NCBI GenBank assembly: GCA_951406725.2
Contig: OX597834.1
Location: 9,300,001-9,364,000 of the forward strand
Reading direction: 5' to 3'
Source of the DNA: Octopus vulgaris
Taxonomy: Eukaryota
Length of the DNA: 64,000 nt
The translations under genes were made by a program, and so were the position numbers. How positions within the stretch are numbered: position 1 is the stretch's first letter; each line of letters opens with the position of its first letter. This document shows, one piece after another, positions 1 to 13,060 of this stretch. The notes beneath the pieces are model-generated. The model was not told where the DNA came from. It did not search any database and saw only the letters and a program-made list of their open reading frames with translations.

Positions 1-387
1 TACGTTTTAGATTAATGGCAAAATACTTTGAGTACGGAGAGAAATTTCTGTAGGTTACTATGTGTAAGAGATAGACTTGATATGGCATTGAATTAATTAT
101 ATATGGTTTTGTGTGTCCATATATCACAGTGTCCCATGGCGTTGGTTGTCATTTTTAGTATAGAAAAATACATGAGACCATGCATCATGTAATATCACAT
201 ATGCGTATATACTCTTTTACTCTTTTATGTGTATTAATTTGATGTGTGTGTGTATGTGTGTGTATTCATGTGTATGAATGTTATGATTCTAAATGTACAC
301 ACATAATCACAAAACACAAACACATAAATAGGAATATCTATGCATATATGGTATTGGTTTTATTTATCGTAAGTTTATATACATGGA

Positions 388-464
388 CGTGTATATATAT
401 ATATATATACATAAATATACATATATATATATATATACATATATATACATATATATATACATAT

Positions 465-505
<41 letters not shown>

Positions 506-608
506 CTTATATATATACATACATATATATATATATATATATACATATATACATACATATATATATATACATATATACATACGTATATATATATATATAT
601 ATACACAT

Positions 609-643
<35 letters not shown>
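388..643. repeat. (TA)n/(TACA) microsatellite
   Basis: Dinucleotide run seen directly; source of spurious YI-repeat ORFs. Confidence 0.95.
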
Positions 644-1202
644 GCAATATAAAATACACGCAGTATTCATCATAGTTTTCATAGTTTTAACACACACACA
701 CGCACACACACATACACAAAGACCACGTAATATAAGTTTATATATATATATATGTGTGTGTGTATTTTCGCACACTCACGTGTGTGCACACCCTACTTAG
801 GGCTAATGTGATTTTCTGTGTGTGTATAGTGGCAAAAATACTACGAGAAATTACACGACTAAGCCTGTTAACTAATGGAATCATTGAAATTATTCACAAA
901 GAACGTGACAATTTATTAGACATTGTGTGGTTGACAATTGAAATAGCACGAAGTTAGCAAAAACGTCCGTTGTACGACAACTAAGAGCAGTCTCCTTAAT
1001 TGCTCGCTTGTATATGTTGCGTAATTATCTCACCTTAGTTCACTCTCCTGTCGCTGATACAATATTCAATATAACATCGCCATATTCAATAATTTTCCGA
1101 CTTCGGTTCTGTATTCTGTAGTAGTTACTTCTTTTTTTATTTTCCTTGGCTGCCTCTCTCTCCTTTCTCCCTTCAATGTCCGTTCTAATTATGTGATGAT
1201 AC

Positions 1203-1234
<32 letters not shown>

Positions 1235-1409
1235 CTGCATGAGTGGTGAGAATTGTACGTACATCGGATGGTTCTATTTCCATACGTATGTATAAGCACA
1301 CACACAGACACACACATATTTGCCGCAGGTATATCTGCTAGTCAGAACGAAAATGTCGTTGACTATGATAGCCCTTCCTCTTCAGATTCCTGAATGGCAT
1401 ATAATGCGG

Positions 1410-1474
1410 ATGTATATATATATATATGTGTATGTATGTGTGTGTATGTGTATATATATGTATGTGTGTGTATG

Positions 1475-1507
<33 letters not shown>

Positions 1508-1560
1508 ATATGTGTGTGTGTATATATGTATATGTATATGTGTGTGTGTGTGTATATATG

Positions 1561-1595
<35 letters not shown>

Positions 1596-1696
1596 ATATG
1601 TATATATATATGTGTGTGTATATATGTATATATATATATATGTGTGTATATATGTATATGTATACATATATATATGTGTGTATATATGTATATATA

Positions 1697-1729
<33 letters not shown>

Positions 1730-2030
1730 GTGTGTATATATGTATATATGTATATATATGTATATATATATATATGTGTGTATATATGTATATATATATA
1801 TATGTGTGTATATATGTATATATATATATATATGTGTGTGTATATATATATATGTATTTATATATATATGTGTGTGTGTATATATATATGTGTGTGTGTA
1901 TATATATATATGTATTTATATATATATATGTATATATATAAGTATTTATATGTATATGTATTTATATATATATATAAATACTTATATATATACATATATT
2001 TATATATATATATATATAGATATAAATACT

Positions 2031-2076
<46 letters not shown>

Positions 2077-2125
2077 CATATGTGTGTACGAATGTATGTT
2101 ACGTGTGTATGTGCGCGCGCGCGTG
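1410..2125. repeat. compound (TA)n/(TG)n microsatellite
   Basis: Alternating TA and TG blocks. Confidence 0.95.
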
Positions 2126-3335
2126 TGCGTTCATATACTTATATTGAAATATTTAACCTTATGAAAAGTGAAGGACGGGAAATTGTTTTGGGACGCTATG
2201 AGGCATTATGCATTCATTCTCTTGATTGTAAGAACTTTATGCTGCAAGACCATTACGGAATTCTTTCCACAAAGTTTCTCATCTTATCTAAAGAAGCAAT
2301 TACTACAATAGCTTTCTTTTCTCGTCTTCTTTCTCAACTAGTATTACTACTAATATTATTATTATTATTTTTATCATTATTATTATTATTATTATTTTGT
2401 TCCATCAATGTTCTTCAGCAAGAAAAATGTAATTTCCTTCCCATAAATATCTCTGGTAAATTCCGTTACCATTGAATAAATATCTTAAGGCCAATCCAAA
2501 GATACTTCGCTACTTCTGAATAGTAGAAAAAAAAAAAAAAAAAAGAAAAACTTACTTCATTCTGACTGTCGGAATTTCAAATTTGACCTGACAGTTGTAG
2601 ACTTCTAATGGTAGACTCAGCAGTGATTATATTCTACACGTGTATGACATGTGTGCTTCACGTTTTAAATTATTATTTGTTAATAGTTTGACAGGAGTAT
2701 GTCTGAGGCTTACAGTGGCGTGTGACGTATATAATAGGAAAGCAGTTCGCTTTGAACCGTTGTACGTTTTCCCAGGCGTCACTAACATGTAGTAGAGTAA
2801 ATAAACTGAATCTACTAACGTTTGCTATGTATGTTGTTACTGTGGTTCCAGCTGTGATGGTGCTATTGGTGGTGGGAATTCTTACGTTAGTTTCGTTTCT
2901 AGTCAGCTCTAAAACATCAAACTCATTAATAAAATCCATTTAGGATACGACTGTTCCGCCGAATTTTCCTATTAATTTACATACACATTACCGAAATAGC
3001 AACATCTAATCGGTTTGTAAGTAGTCCAGGTGTTATACGATGGAGATGTGGTTGCTAACTCTACCAGATCAGGAGAGAGAGAGAGAGAGAGAGATGAGAT
3101 TATTCAATGAGAACGAATTACTCTTCAAAAACTATGATGAAACTTGGTCTCATTTATTAGCACTTTGGATATTTATGTTCATCTTCTTGTTAATATGTAT
3201 TTACCACAATATAGTAATCAATCGATAACTCTATCTACCCATCTGTGCACGCATGCATATATATATATGTATGCAGGTATGTATGTGTGCTTGCATGTAC
3301 AAATGCATTCATGTATGTATATATGCATGAATGAG

Positions 3336-3365
<30 letters not shown>

Positions 3366-3372
<7 letters not shown>

Positions 3373-3660
3373 ATCACGTGACCGACCAGACCATCAGATG
3401 TTGTTACACATCGCTGGTCACAATGCGTTCGCATTGTTTTAGCCTTCAAATGACGCCACCCCGCTGGCTAAGCGAGCAGGCCAGCAGAAGAAAGAGTGGG
3501 AGAAAGAGTGGTGAAAGAGTACAGCAGGGATCACCACCCCCTGCCGGAGCTTCGTGGAGCTTTTAGGTGTTTTCGCTGAATAAACACTCACAACGCCCAG
3601 TCTGGGAATCGATCCTACGACGCGATCCTACGACCGCAAGTCAGCTGCCCTAACCACTGG

Positions 3661-3665
<5 letters not shown>
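3366..3665 (-). mobile_element. tRNA-derived SINE family A (tail 1), inside (TA)n
   Basis: Reverse complement reads TGGCCCAGTGGTTAGGGCAGC...CGATTCCCAGAC...GGTCGGTCACGTGA; homologous to copies at 12749, 13818, 21583, 53253. Confidence 0.9.
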
Positions 3666-3709
<44 letters not shown>

Positions 3710-3710
3710 A

Positions 3711-3980
3711 GAGAGTTTATGTAAAAAGACGAAGACAGGTGGTGTACAAAACAAACAGATGTATTAGTATAACGCTCAGGGATAGAAAAAGTCCTTTACG
3801 TTTCGAGCCTACGCTCTTCTACAGAAAGGGACACAGAAAAAAACAAGAGAAACACGGAGAGAAAAGAATGTGTGTAGTGGCTAACGACTAGTGCCGGACA
3901 GAGGGGTCAAACACGAGGAGGAAAGTCGGGGAGATAACAAGGTAAAGATGACCCCCAGCACAAAGGTGCGTATAAGCGAG
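3711..3980 (-). mobile_element. short Penelope-like terminal element (family H2) with decayed hammerhead at 3791-3832
   Basis: Minus strand CTTT-CTGTAGA-A-GAGC/gtag/GCTC-GAAA-CG-TA-AAGG; homologous to 7351-7541; 3' end runs into (TA)n. Confidence 0.65.
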
Positions 3981-4014
3981 TATATATGTGCGTATGAAAG
4001 AGGGCTGGTTGTAT

Positions 4015-4478
4015 AAAGGAAAACAGAAAATGGAGGTAAAATTGATGAATAACAATTGATTTACACCAATCATCATTTATTAATTAATTACAAAATGACA
4101 GAATCTCATGCATTACCCCCGTATTTACGAATGTGCCACTTAATATAACTACCCAAATTCTCTTTCTAGTCGGTCGAAAGTTTCCCAATGGGGAGAGAAT
4201 GTTGTATGAATTGATTATCACTGTTTTCTCACTTTCTACTTTTACTAATATTTTTATTAACTTTTCCGCTCTGATGAAGTTCCACGATGATTCAAATTGG
4301 TAGAATTAATTACTTACACTGATAACCATTAATCTTATTTTGATGGTTAAGTCTGGGAATCGTGCTAACCGAAACTTCTGTACATTGAGATTCTGTCTTT
4401 CTCTAATTAATTAATAAATGATGGTTGGTATAAATCAATTGTTGTTCATCAAATTTTTCTCTATTATCTGTTTTCCTT
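4015..4478. mobile_element. element with ~95-bp imperfect inverted repeats (4015-4109 / 4385-4478) enclosing a hammerhead-like core
   Basis: The arms are reverse complements (AACAATTGATTTACACCAATCATCATTTATTAATTAATTA vs TAATTAATTAATAAATGATGGTTGGTATAAATCAATTGTT). CTGATGA at 4271-4277 and GAAAC at 4371 flank a long hairpin. Confidence 0.65.
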
Positions 4479-4550
4479 GAAAACACACACACACACATTA
4501 CACACACACACGCACACGCACGCGCACATATATATATATGTATAATGTCC

Positions 4551-6617
4551 ACCTTGTTTCTGCCAAAGGCTGGGGCCGAATTGCAGTGTGGTTAGGGTGT
4601 ACTCTCTGCACTGTTTTTGGTGAAGAAATGAGCTAGATGGAGCTACTCTTTTTGTGCCACCTGCTAGGATGTAGGTTCAGCCGAGATTACAGACAGATAC
4701 TTGTCCCGGTGCTTTCTTAAGGTTTCCACATTGGCACCTTGCAATTCTCTGGGAGGATGTTAAACAGTTATGGTACCCTGAAAACAAATCTGTTGTAGTA
4801 GTGTGTCCTTATCCGAAATGAAAAAGAGAAGGTCGTGGTATTATGCAAACTGGCAGAAGCGTTAGCACGCCGGGCGAAATGCTTAGCGGTATTTCGTCTG
4901 CCGTTACGTTCTGGGTTCAAATTCCGCCGAGGTCTACTTTGCCTTTCATCCTTTCGTGGTCGATTAATTAAGTACCAGTTATGCACTGGGGTCGATATAA
5001 TCGACTTAATCTATTTGTCTGTCCTTGTTTGTCCTGTGTTTAGCCCCTTGTGGGTAGTACAGAAATAGGTATTTTGTCTGCCGCTACGTTCTGAGTTCAA
5101 ATTCCGCCGACGTCGACTTTGCCTTTTATCATTTCGGCGTCGATAAAATAATCACCAGTTACGCACTGGGGTCGATGTAATTGACTTAATACCTATGCCT
5201 GCCTTTGTTTGTCCCCTCTATGTTTAGCCCCTTGTGGGTAATAAAGAAATAGGTATTATGCAGTGTCGCTCAGTTCGGTGGTTGGCATAGCATTTAATTC
5301 CAAAGTTGGGAGATAGTCCTTTCACTAACTTCCATATGTATATCACTGTGTATATTTCTGGCCGTTTCTCCAATGAGTAGAACTTCAGTTGTTGTAGCCT
5401 CTCCCTGTTGCTCATCTGTTTCACCGAGACAAACTTCTGTGTGTCATGGCATTGGATTACTTCAAGTCCACAAACCAGTTTCACGCTCTGCGGCAACCAC
5501 AGTCGGGAGCAGTAATCCAGAAAATTGAGGACAAGTGCCCTCCTCAGGAGTAGCAAGGTATTCTTATTTCTGATTCTGAATGATCTAAGAATCCATTCAG
5601 CTTCTCGACTGTACAGTGTTGCCATTTTAATATTATGCATACGGAATGTTGCATCGTTACTCCTGTGGATTCCAAGATCACGCTCCAATTCAAACCCTGA
5701 TTTTGCACTCTGGTCCTATATATTCCGTTTGTAGTTTTGCTTATGAGCCGAGAGTGAAAGGCTAGTTACTTACCAGCATCGAATTGCATGTTATTTTCAT
5801 CAGCACATTAGTATATTGCATGCAGGTCATTTTACAGTTTTAATATACCGGCAGGGTCATTTACACCTTGTGATATCTCTGCATCATCAGCTTAGCTGGT
5901 GAGAGTGGCTGACTGTACGGCATATCATCTCATGGTCAACTTTATCAAAGGCTTAGTAAAGTCGAGAAATATCTCATCCACATTTGAGTGGTTGACCTGC
6001 TGTTTCAGTACCCCGTCGAAAAACTGTTGTGTGTGTGTGTGTATGGGCAAGTTATCCTCTTTTAGAAACGTGATCAGTCTCATTCTGAAAAGGCATTCCA
6101 TGACCTTACTGACATGTGAAACTACAGAGATAGGACTGCAGCTTTTAGCATTTGTTCTGCTTCCTGCTATAAGGACAGAGCATATGATACCATCTTACGA
6201 TAGATTGCGAAGTTTTCTACATGCAATGAAACTCTGCAGCGGTTTTGCAAGAGCTTTCTTATATGTTTTTAAAAGAACCACTAGAAATCCATCTGGGTGC
6301 GTTGCTAAATGTGTGCTCATCTTATTAATGGCCTATATTACATCTTCCACTTTTATATCGATGTAATCGATGGTTGCCTTTTCCCTTTGTATATCTGCAG
6401 TATTGAAAACTCATTAGGTTCGCTTGTTTACATGCTTCGCAGTGGAGAAGTGAAGACATCCTGGAATTGCTTCTTTAACGCTGCACTGATCCTCTTGGAG
6501 TTTGCAGTTAGCGAATCGTCTTCTTCAGACAGTGGCGTTATCTTGTGGTGCACCAAGACAGACTCTTTCGCTAACATGTAGAAGGCTTTAGGATTTATTC
6601 TTATATTTTCCTTTTCA
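4551..6617 (-). mobile_element. decayed CR1-group LINE, RT and C-terminal ORF2 fragment, split by a SINE
   Basis: Minus-strand remnants: NPKAFY (~6590), PDGF (~6290), FLDF/FDKVDH (~5950), S*ADD (~5890), ERDLGI...LDYCS...YSLEKRP...KGLSPNFGI (5224-5688), and LFNILP...AEPTS (4650-4780). Many stops and frameshifts. Confidence 0.88.
4848..5251 (+). mobile_element. SINE family C dimer (tRNA-like head, Meta/MESC-like central domain) with 11-bp TSD
   Basis: B-box-like GAGTTCAAATTCC; core GACTTTGCCTTTCATCCTTTCG.GGTCGAT..ATTAAGTACC; GGTATTATGCA at 4837-4847 and 5252-5262. Confidence 0.9.
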
Positions 6618-6894
6618 TGGGAAGGTCTAACTTAATTTTTGATAACTAAAAGTGTCTCCTTCAGGCAGGGATTTCTCGCTGTCCTTAAGTTGTTTACTTA
6701 AGCGATTGAAGATCTTAAATTCTCAGTTACATAAGGACTCTCCCGCCTCTGGGAATGATATTTTTTGTATGTAATTGCTCTCTTCTCTGGGACAAATTTA
6801 ATGCATATCGCATTAAAGACGATGCTCTAGCATTACTGTGGTCCTATAAGGAAAACTATCTCCATACAAGCATTTATCTATGTATTATACATAC

Positions 6895-6950
<56 letters not shown>

Positions 6951-7234
6951 GAAGAAAACCACCTTTTATCAATTCAAAATGAACAATTAAATTACACCAT
7001 TTAGAAAATTACATATAATAGAAATATTATAATTAAAATAAGAATAATATACCGATAATTAAGTAAATTGCAAAATAATAATAAAAAATATATACGCTTT
7101 TATTATCATTTTGCAATTTACTTAATCATTGGTATATTATTCTTATTTTAATTTTAATATTTCTATTATATGTAATTTTCTAGATTGTGTAATTTAATTG
7201 TTCATTTTGAATTGATAACAGGTGGGTTTTTTCT
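6951..7234. repeat. AT-rich fold-back, ~135-bp arms with 11-nt spacer
   Basis: 6951-7086 is a near-exact reverse complement of 7098-7234; flanked by (TA)n. Confidence 0.9.
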
Positions 7235-7350
7235 AATTTTTATATATATATATATATTATATTTTGTGAAATTTGATTTAGTATTTCTAAATTTTCCCTG
7301 TAAGTTAGGAATAAAATTCCCTCAAATAATTATTATATATATTTATATAT

Positions 7351-7541
7351 AACGGGCAAGTTTACGAAAATAAACAAAAGACGAAGGCAGGTGGAGTACA
7401 AACAAATGTATTAGTAAAGCGCTCAGGAATAGAAATAGAAAAAGGCTTTTACGTTTCGAGCCTACGCTCTTGGACAGAAAGTTACACAAGAAAACAAGGA
7501 GAGAAACAAGGAGAGAAAAAAAGGCGTTTAGGAGCTAACAA
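7351..7541 (-). mobile_element. family H2 copy with decayed hammerhead at 7446-7481
   Basis: Minus strand CTTT-CTGTCCA-A-GAGC/gtag/GCTC-GAAA-CG-TA-AAAG; homologous to 3711-3980. Confidence 0.65.
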
Positions 7542-7592
7542 TCTAATACACGCACATATATATCTAAACATGCAACTCTCTCTCTCTCTCTT

Positions 7593-7637
<45 letters not shown>

Positions 7638-7841
7638 GCACATATTTATCTAAACATGCATCTGTCTCTCTCTTTCTCTGTATATGTATATATATATAGC
7701 TATAATATTAAATTTCTAAATATCTCATACAGATATGTACGGTGGTGGAGTGATAAAATGGTTGAATACTCTCAACTTAGGGCTAAACAACGGTGGTGTA
7801 ATTCCCTTACAGGACTGTCACATTAAATTGACAGTATACAA

Positions 7842-7918
<77 letters not shown>

Positions 7919-8193
7919 TATAAATAAAAGGGTAATAATATAGATTACTACCAGTGGCCCAGCACAAAAGGCGAATTAGTCATTGGACAAAATATTATTC
8001 ATATAGAAAAATATTATTCATGTAGAAATATAATTAAGGACTTCTAAATAAGGATGCCAAGTGCTAGGGACACGAAAAAGGGATAAATTTATCGAGAGTG
8101 AAAATCAAAAACATTTACCGATAACTTTACATCCCGGACTGATATCAGTTTCTACCTCTTTCTAGCAAAACAGACAAATATATATATATATAA

Positions 8194-8707
8194 CTAGCAG
8201 TATCACCCGGCGTTGCTCGGGTTTGTAAGGGAAATAACTATATAAGCATTTTTAGAGAGTTACTTCCTTTATAGATGCCAAATCGGGCTTTCTTAGCCAT
8301 TTCTGTTTTGGTGTCTTCAAGCCATGAAGTCGTTGTTCTAAAAGAACGCTGGTCTCCTTGACAACGCATTACGACGTTGATTTCCTTAAACTCCCTTCCC
8401 CACAGCTTCACGAGGGAGGGAAGAAAGGGGAGAAGCAAACACAGGTGCAGGTGTTTGAGCGTGGACGCCAACTCCCCCGCCATCGACACACGAAAAATTA
8501 TGCATTAAAATGGAATAAAAAATGTTAAATTATTTTTAAAATCGTAGACTCATCATAGACGCGCGCTAATAGCCAGACGGGCTTGATATTAATCACGACT
8601 ATAAGATACCCGAATTTGGTTAAACTGCACCGCAAAATGTGGGAGGAGTTAGGAATCTAAATCGTAGGAGACAGACACTCACATAAGTACAGTTTTATAT
8701 ATATAGA
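8194..8707 (-). mobile_element. non-autonomous Helitron
   Basis: Minus strand starts TCTATATATATAAAA, ends with hairpin CCCGAGCAACGCCGGG then CTAG, between host A and T; homologous to 12300-12699. Confidence 0.85.
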
Positions 8708-9223
8708 TGTATGTATGAATACAAACCTACGCACACGCATGTAAGTCGTGAGCGAGTCATATACATGTGCAGTGTGGTGTTTGTTGTTTGTTATATATGG
8801 TGTGGCCCCATAACTGTCTTGGCGAAATATGGCTGTATTTGTTTTCATTGAATGCATATATATTTGACTGAAAATCCGGAAATGTGCCATTTCGTTTATA
8901 ATACACTAAAGTGTTTTTCAATCCTTCAGCGATTTATGGAACTATTGAGTGAAATGCAACGCTATGTTTAAAGAAGTATAAAAGCGTGTTTTATAACTAA
9001 ATCGTAGTTGTCTATACTAACATGGAATCATATAAACAACAAAATTTCCCAGTTATTTCTCACTAATTTCCGTTTCTCAATAGTAAAATGATTTATCAGT
9101 CTTCTGCTCGTCATGTTGTAAATAAAAGTTTATGGTACACCCACGAATTAACAAATTCTTAACTCTTCTCCGGAAAGCTGCACGTATAGCCCCGATATTT
9201 GCATGGTTTTGTGTTATTATATC

Positions 9224-9283
<60 letters not shown>

Positions 9284-9478
9284 TTATATATATATGTATG
9301 TATTTATATATTGGATTCAGTTTTTAACATATTTTTCTTCATGTAAACGAACCACAGTCCGAAACCTAAAACATTGGAAAATTCTTACCTTCCAGCGTGA
9401 AAGAAATATAACTTTGTAGTTCCGTTTTTTTGATTTTTACCCGGAGGCATTTCTATTTACATCTATATCTATAAAAAC

Positions 9479-9520
<42 letters not shown>

Positions 9521-9658
9521 GTGTGTGTGTGTGTGTGTGTGCTTGCGTGAATATGTATGCGTACACAGAAAAAGAAGAGAAATATATGTGCACATATGTT
9601 TGTGTATGCATACACTTGCATATAAAATGCATATGAATATATACACGTGTGAGTGTTC

Positions 9659-9706
<48 letters not shown>

Positions 9707-10627
9707 CTGTACATATAATTATACATATAGATATACACACAAACATACATACATATACGTATACAGACATATATACATACAGTATACTATATACTTAGAA
9801 ACATACATACATACAGGCACACACATACACACACCTACACACACATATATATATATATATATACTCCCCACAGATATAATGCGACGAAGAAGCACGAGGT
9901 GAATAATGAATTAAAGAAAGTAATAGAAAAACAAACGGCAAAAATCTAGTAGTAATAGTAATAATAATAATAATAGTAGTAATAGTAGTAGTAGTAACTT
10001 TCGAATATTTGAGAGGAGAGTTAGTGGAAGAGAGAGAGAACAAGAGAGATTGAGAAGCAGTGAGAAAGAAAATAGAAAATGAAATGAGAAAGAGAGAATG
10101 AGAGGGAGAAAGAGAGAGTTAGTAGTATTGAATTAGGGAGGAAAAGGAGAAAAAAAAAGAGAGAGAGGGAATGATAAGAGTTGAGATTTTAAAAAGAAAT
10201 TAAGAATTCTCTAGTTCTAGGCATGTCTGCTGCAGAATCCATTAAGCAACGAATTGTTTTCGTGTAATTTTGTTATTCTCTTTACTCCACTTCATCTACT
10301 GAGTGTATTTCTATGCAGTTTAGTTTTGTAGTTGTTTGCTGTTGTTGTAGTTGTTGTTCTTGGTGTTGTTATTGTTGCTGTTGTTGTTGTTGTAATAGTT
10401 GTTATCTTCTGGTTACATCTCTTACTTTAGGTTGTTTGTCTCGACAGTCGTATAAATCATCTTTCCCTTAGCTATTGATTTATTAATTCTGTTCGTTTAC
10501 GTGTTCATATCACTGCTGTAGTGGAGGTAGTCGTGGTAATGAGCTTCAGCTATTCGTACGAAACAAAAATTTAGAAATTTCTAGAAGTTTTATACATTAA
10601 TATATATACATATATAAGTGTGTATGT

Positions 10628-10658
10628 ATATGTTTGTGTGTCTGTGTAAGCATGTACG

Positions 10659-10712
<54 letters not shown>

Positions 10713-10736
10713 TGTGTGTCTGTGTAAGCATGTACG

Positions 10737-10788
<52 letters not shown>

Positions 10789-10870
10789 TGTGTGTCTGTG
10801 TAAGCATGTACGTTAATATATATATATATATATATATGTTTATGTTTGTGTGTCTGTGTAAACATGTACG

Positions 10871-10929
<59 letters not shown>

Positions 10930-10960
10930 TTGTTTTGTGTGTCTGTGTAATCATGTACGC
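10628..10960. repeat. minisatellite: ~33-bp unit TATGTTTGTGTGTCTGTGTAAGCATGTACGTTAA x4-5, separated by variable (TA)n
   Basis: Units near 10628, 10706, 10781, 10841 and a degenerate one near 10935. Confidence 0.9.
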
Positions 10961-10978
10961 ATGTATGAATGTAAATAC

Positions 10979-11021
<43 letters not shown>

Positions 11022-11448
11022 TGTGTCTGTTTGTGTGTGCAATGTTGTGTAATTCTCTATAAGCGTCTGAAATCTGCATACAGCTTATGCATGAATTATG
11101 TATGAATGTTTATTGCTGAGCTGTTAAATAAGAAGAACACGTGATTTCGCGTTCAATCCTGCTGCACGAACACAGAACATGGACGAGGGTTTTGCGATCA
11201 GAATATTGTCGATAGACTGCAGTTTGTTGACTCCAGTTGTATGTCAGTGTGATAGGGCAATTGTGTGTATGAAATATATATATATATATATTATAATGCG
11301 CATGTTTATACATGTAATATACAAACATGAATATAATTACACACGCAGGCAGACATATATATATATATATATATATATATGCATATATGTGCATGTTTAT
11401 ACATGCAATATACAGACATGAATATAAATATCATTACACACGCACGCA

Positions 11449-11449
<1 letters not shown>

Positions 11450-11511
<62 letters not shown>

Positions 11512-11544
11512 TGCTTATATGCATATATATATATATGTGTGTGT

Positions 11545-11599
<55 letters not shown>

Positions 11600-11857
11600 T
11601 ATATATATATTCATATATATATATATGCTTATATACACATATATATATTCATATATATATATGCATATATATATATATTCATATATATATATTCATATAT
11701 ATATATATATGCTTATATACATATATATATATTCATATATATATATTCATATATATATATATATGCTTATATACATATATATATATTCATATATATATAT
11801 GCATATATATATATATGCATATATATATATGCATATATATATATTCATATATATATA

Positions 11858-11893
<36 letters not shown>

Positions 11894-12006
11894 TATATAT
11901 ATATATTCATATATATATATATTCATATATATATATTCATATATATATATATATTCATATATATATATATCATATATATATATCATATATATATATATAT
12001 ATATAT
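11450..12006. repeat. (CA)n then (TA)n punctuated by TTCA/GC
   Basis: Seen directly. Confidence 0.95.
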
Positions 12007-12299
12007 GATCCTTTGTGGGTCTGTGTATCTGTACGTATGTATAACTGCAACACTTATGTAAGAAAGTGACGGAATGCCAATGTGAGTATAAGAATAATCA
12101 TTTCATTTATATTAAACAATGAGCATAAATTTTAATCATTGCGCAAAATTGAGAATGCCGCACACTACAGAAAACATGTTGTAACTCTTCTGTTCGTGAC
12201 AAAATTTTACCCACTTTTTAAAAAAAATCAGAATGCAACGAGGATGCTGTATGACTGTGAATATATTACGTAAGTTTCATGAGAAACTTTAATTCCACA

Positions 12300-12699
12300 T
12301 CTTTATATATAAAAGTGAGGTTGTGTGCTGTCTGTCTCTTACGATTTAGATTCCTAACTACTCCCACATTTTGCGGTGCAGTTTAACTAAAACCGGGTAA
12401 CTTATAGTCGTGATTCATATCGAGCCCTTCTGGGTATTAACGCACGTCTACGATGAGTCTACGATTTAAAAAAAAAAATTACCATCAATTTTTCCCATTT
12501 TTAATGCATTTTTAGCATATATAAGGGAAGTAACTCTCTAAAAATTTATTATTGAATCTCAGAACGTAAAAAGCTACAGTAACACTCACACCCTTTCATG
12601 GTTAGCCATATTGAGATGGCTATTATACTTTACATCTCTAAAAATGCTTATATAGTTATTTCCCTTATAAAGCCGAGCAACGCCGGGCGATACTGCTAG
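12300..12699 (+). mobile_element. non-autonomous Helitron
   Basis: A|TCTTTATATATAAAA...GCCGAGCAACGCCGGGC...CTAG|T: canonical Helitron termini with no TSD. Confidence 0.88.
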
Positions 12700-12748
12700 T
12701 CTTATATAAATAAAGAAAGCTGATTTTTGGTGTCTACGTAGATTGTGT

Positions 12749-13060
12749 GGAGGCGCGATGGCCCAGTGGTTAGAGCAGAGGACTCCCGGTCGTAGGATCG
12801 CGGTCCCGATTCCCAGACCGGGCGTTGTGAGTGTTTATTGAGCAAAAACACCTAAAGCTCCACAAGGCTCCGGCAGTGGGGTGGTTGTGGCAATCCCTGC
12901 TGTACTCTTTCGCCACAATTTTCTCTCACTCTTTCTTCTGTTGGCCTGCTCGCTTAGCCAGCGGGGGTGGCGTCATTTGAAGGCCAATACAATGCGATGC
13001 GCATTGTGACCAGCGTTGTGTAGCAACATCTGATAACCTGGTCGGTCACGTGTGACGTGA
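12749..13060 (+). mobile_element. SINE family A (tail 1) with ~10-bp TSD
   Basis: tRNA-like head; CGTAGATTGT (12737-12746) and CGTAGAATGT (13061-13070) flank it. Confidence 0.9.

Noticed and set aside
852-974. Hammerhead-like topology (TGTTAACT/AGTTAGCA stem, AAAACGTC)
   Set aside because: Stems are plausible, but neither CTGANGA nor GAAA is present; too degenerate to call.
5224-5688. 154-aa ORF as a host gene
   Set aside because: It is a fragment of the decayed LINE ORF2 and runs into a SINE.
10628-10960. CRISPR-like ~33-bp direct repeats with spacers
   Set aside because: The spacers are only (TA)n of variable length, the context is eukaryotic and there are no cas genes.
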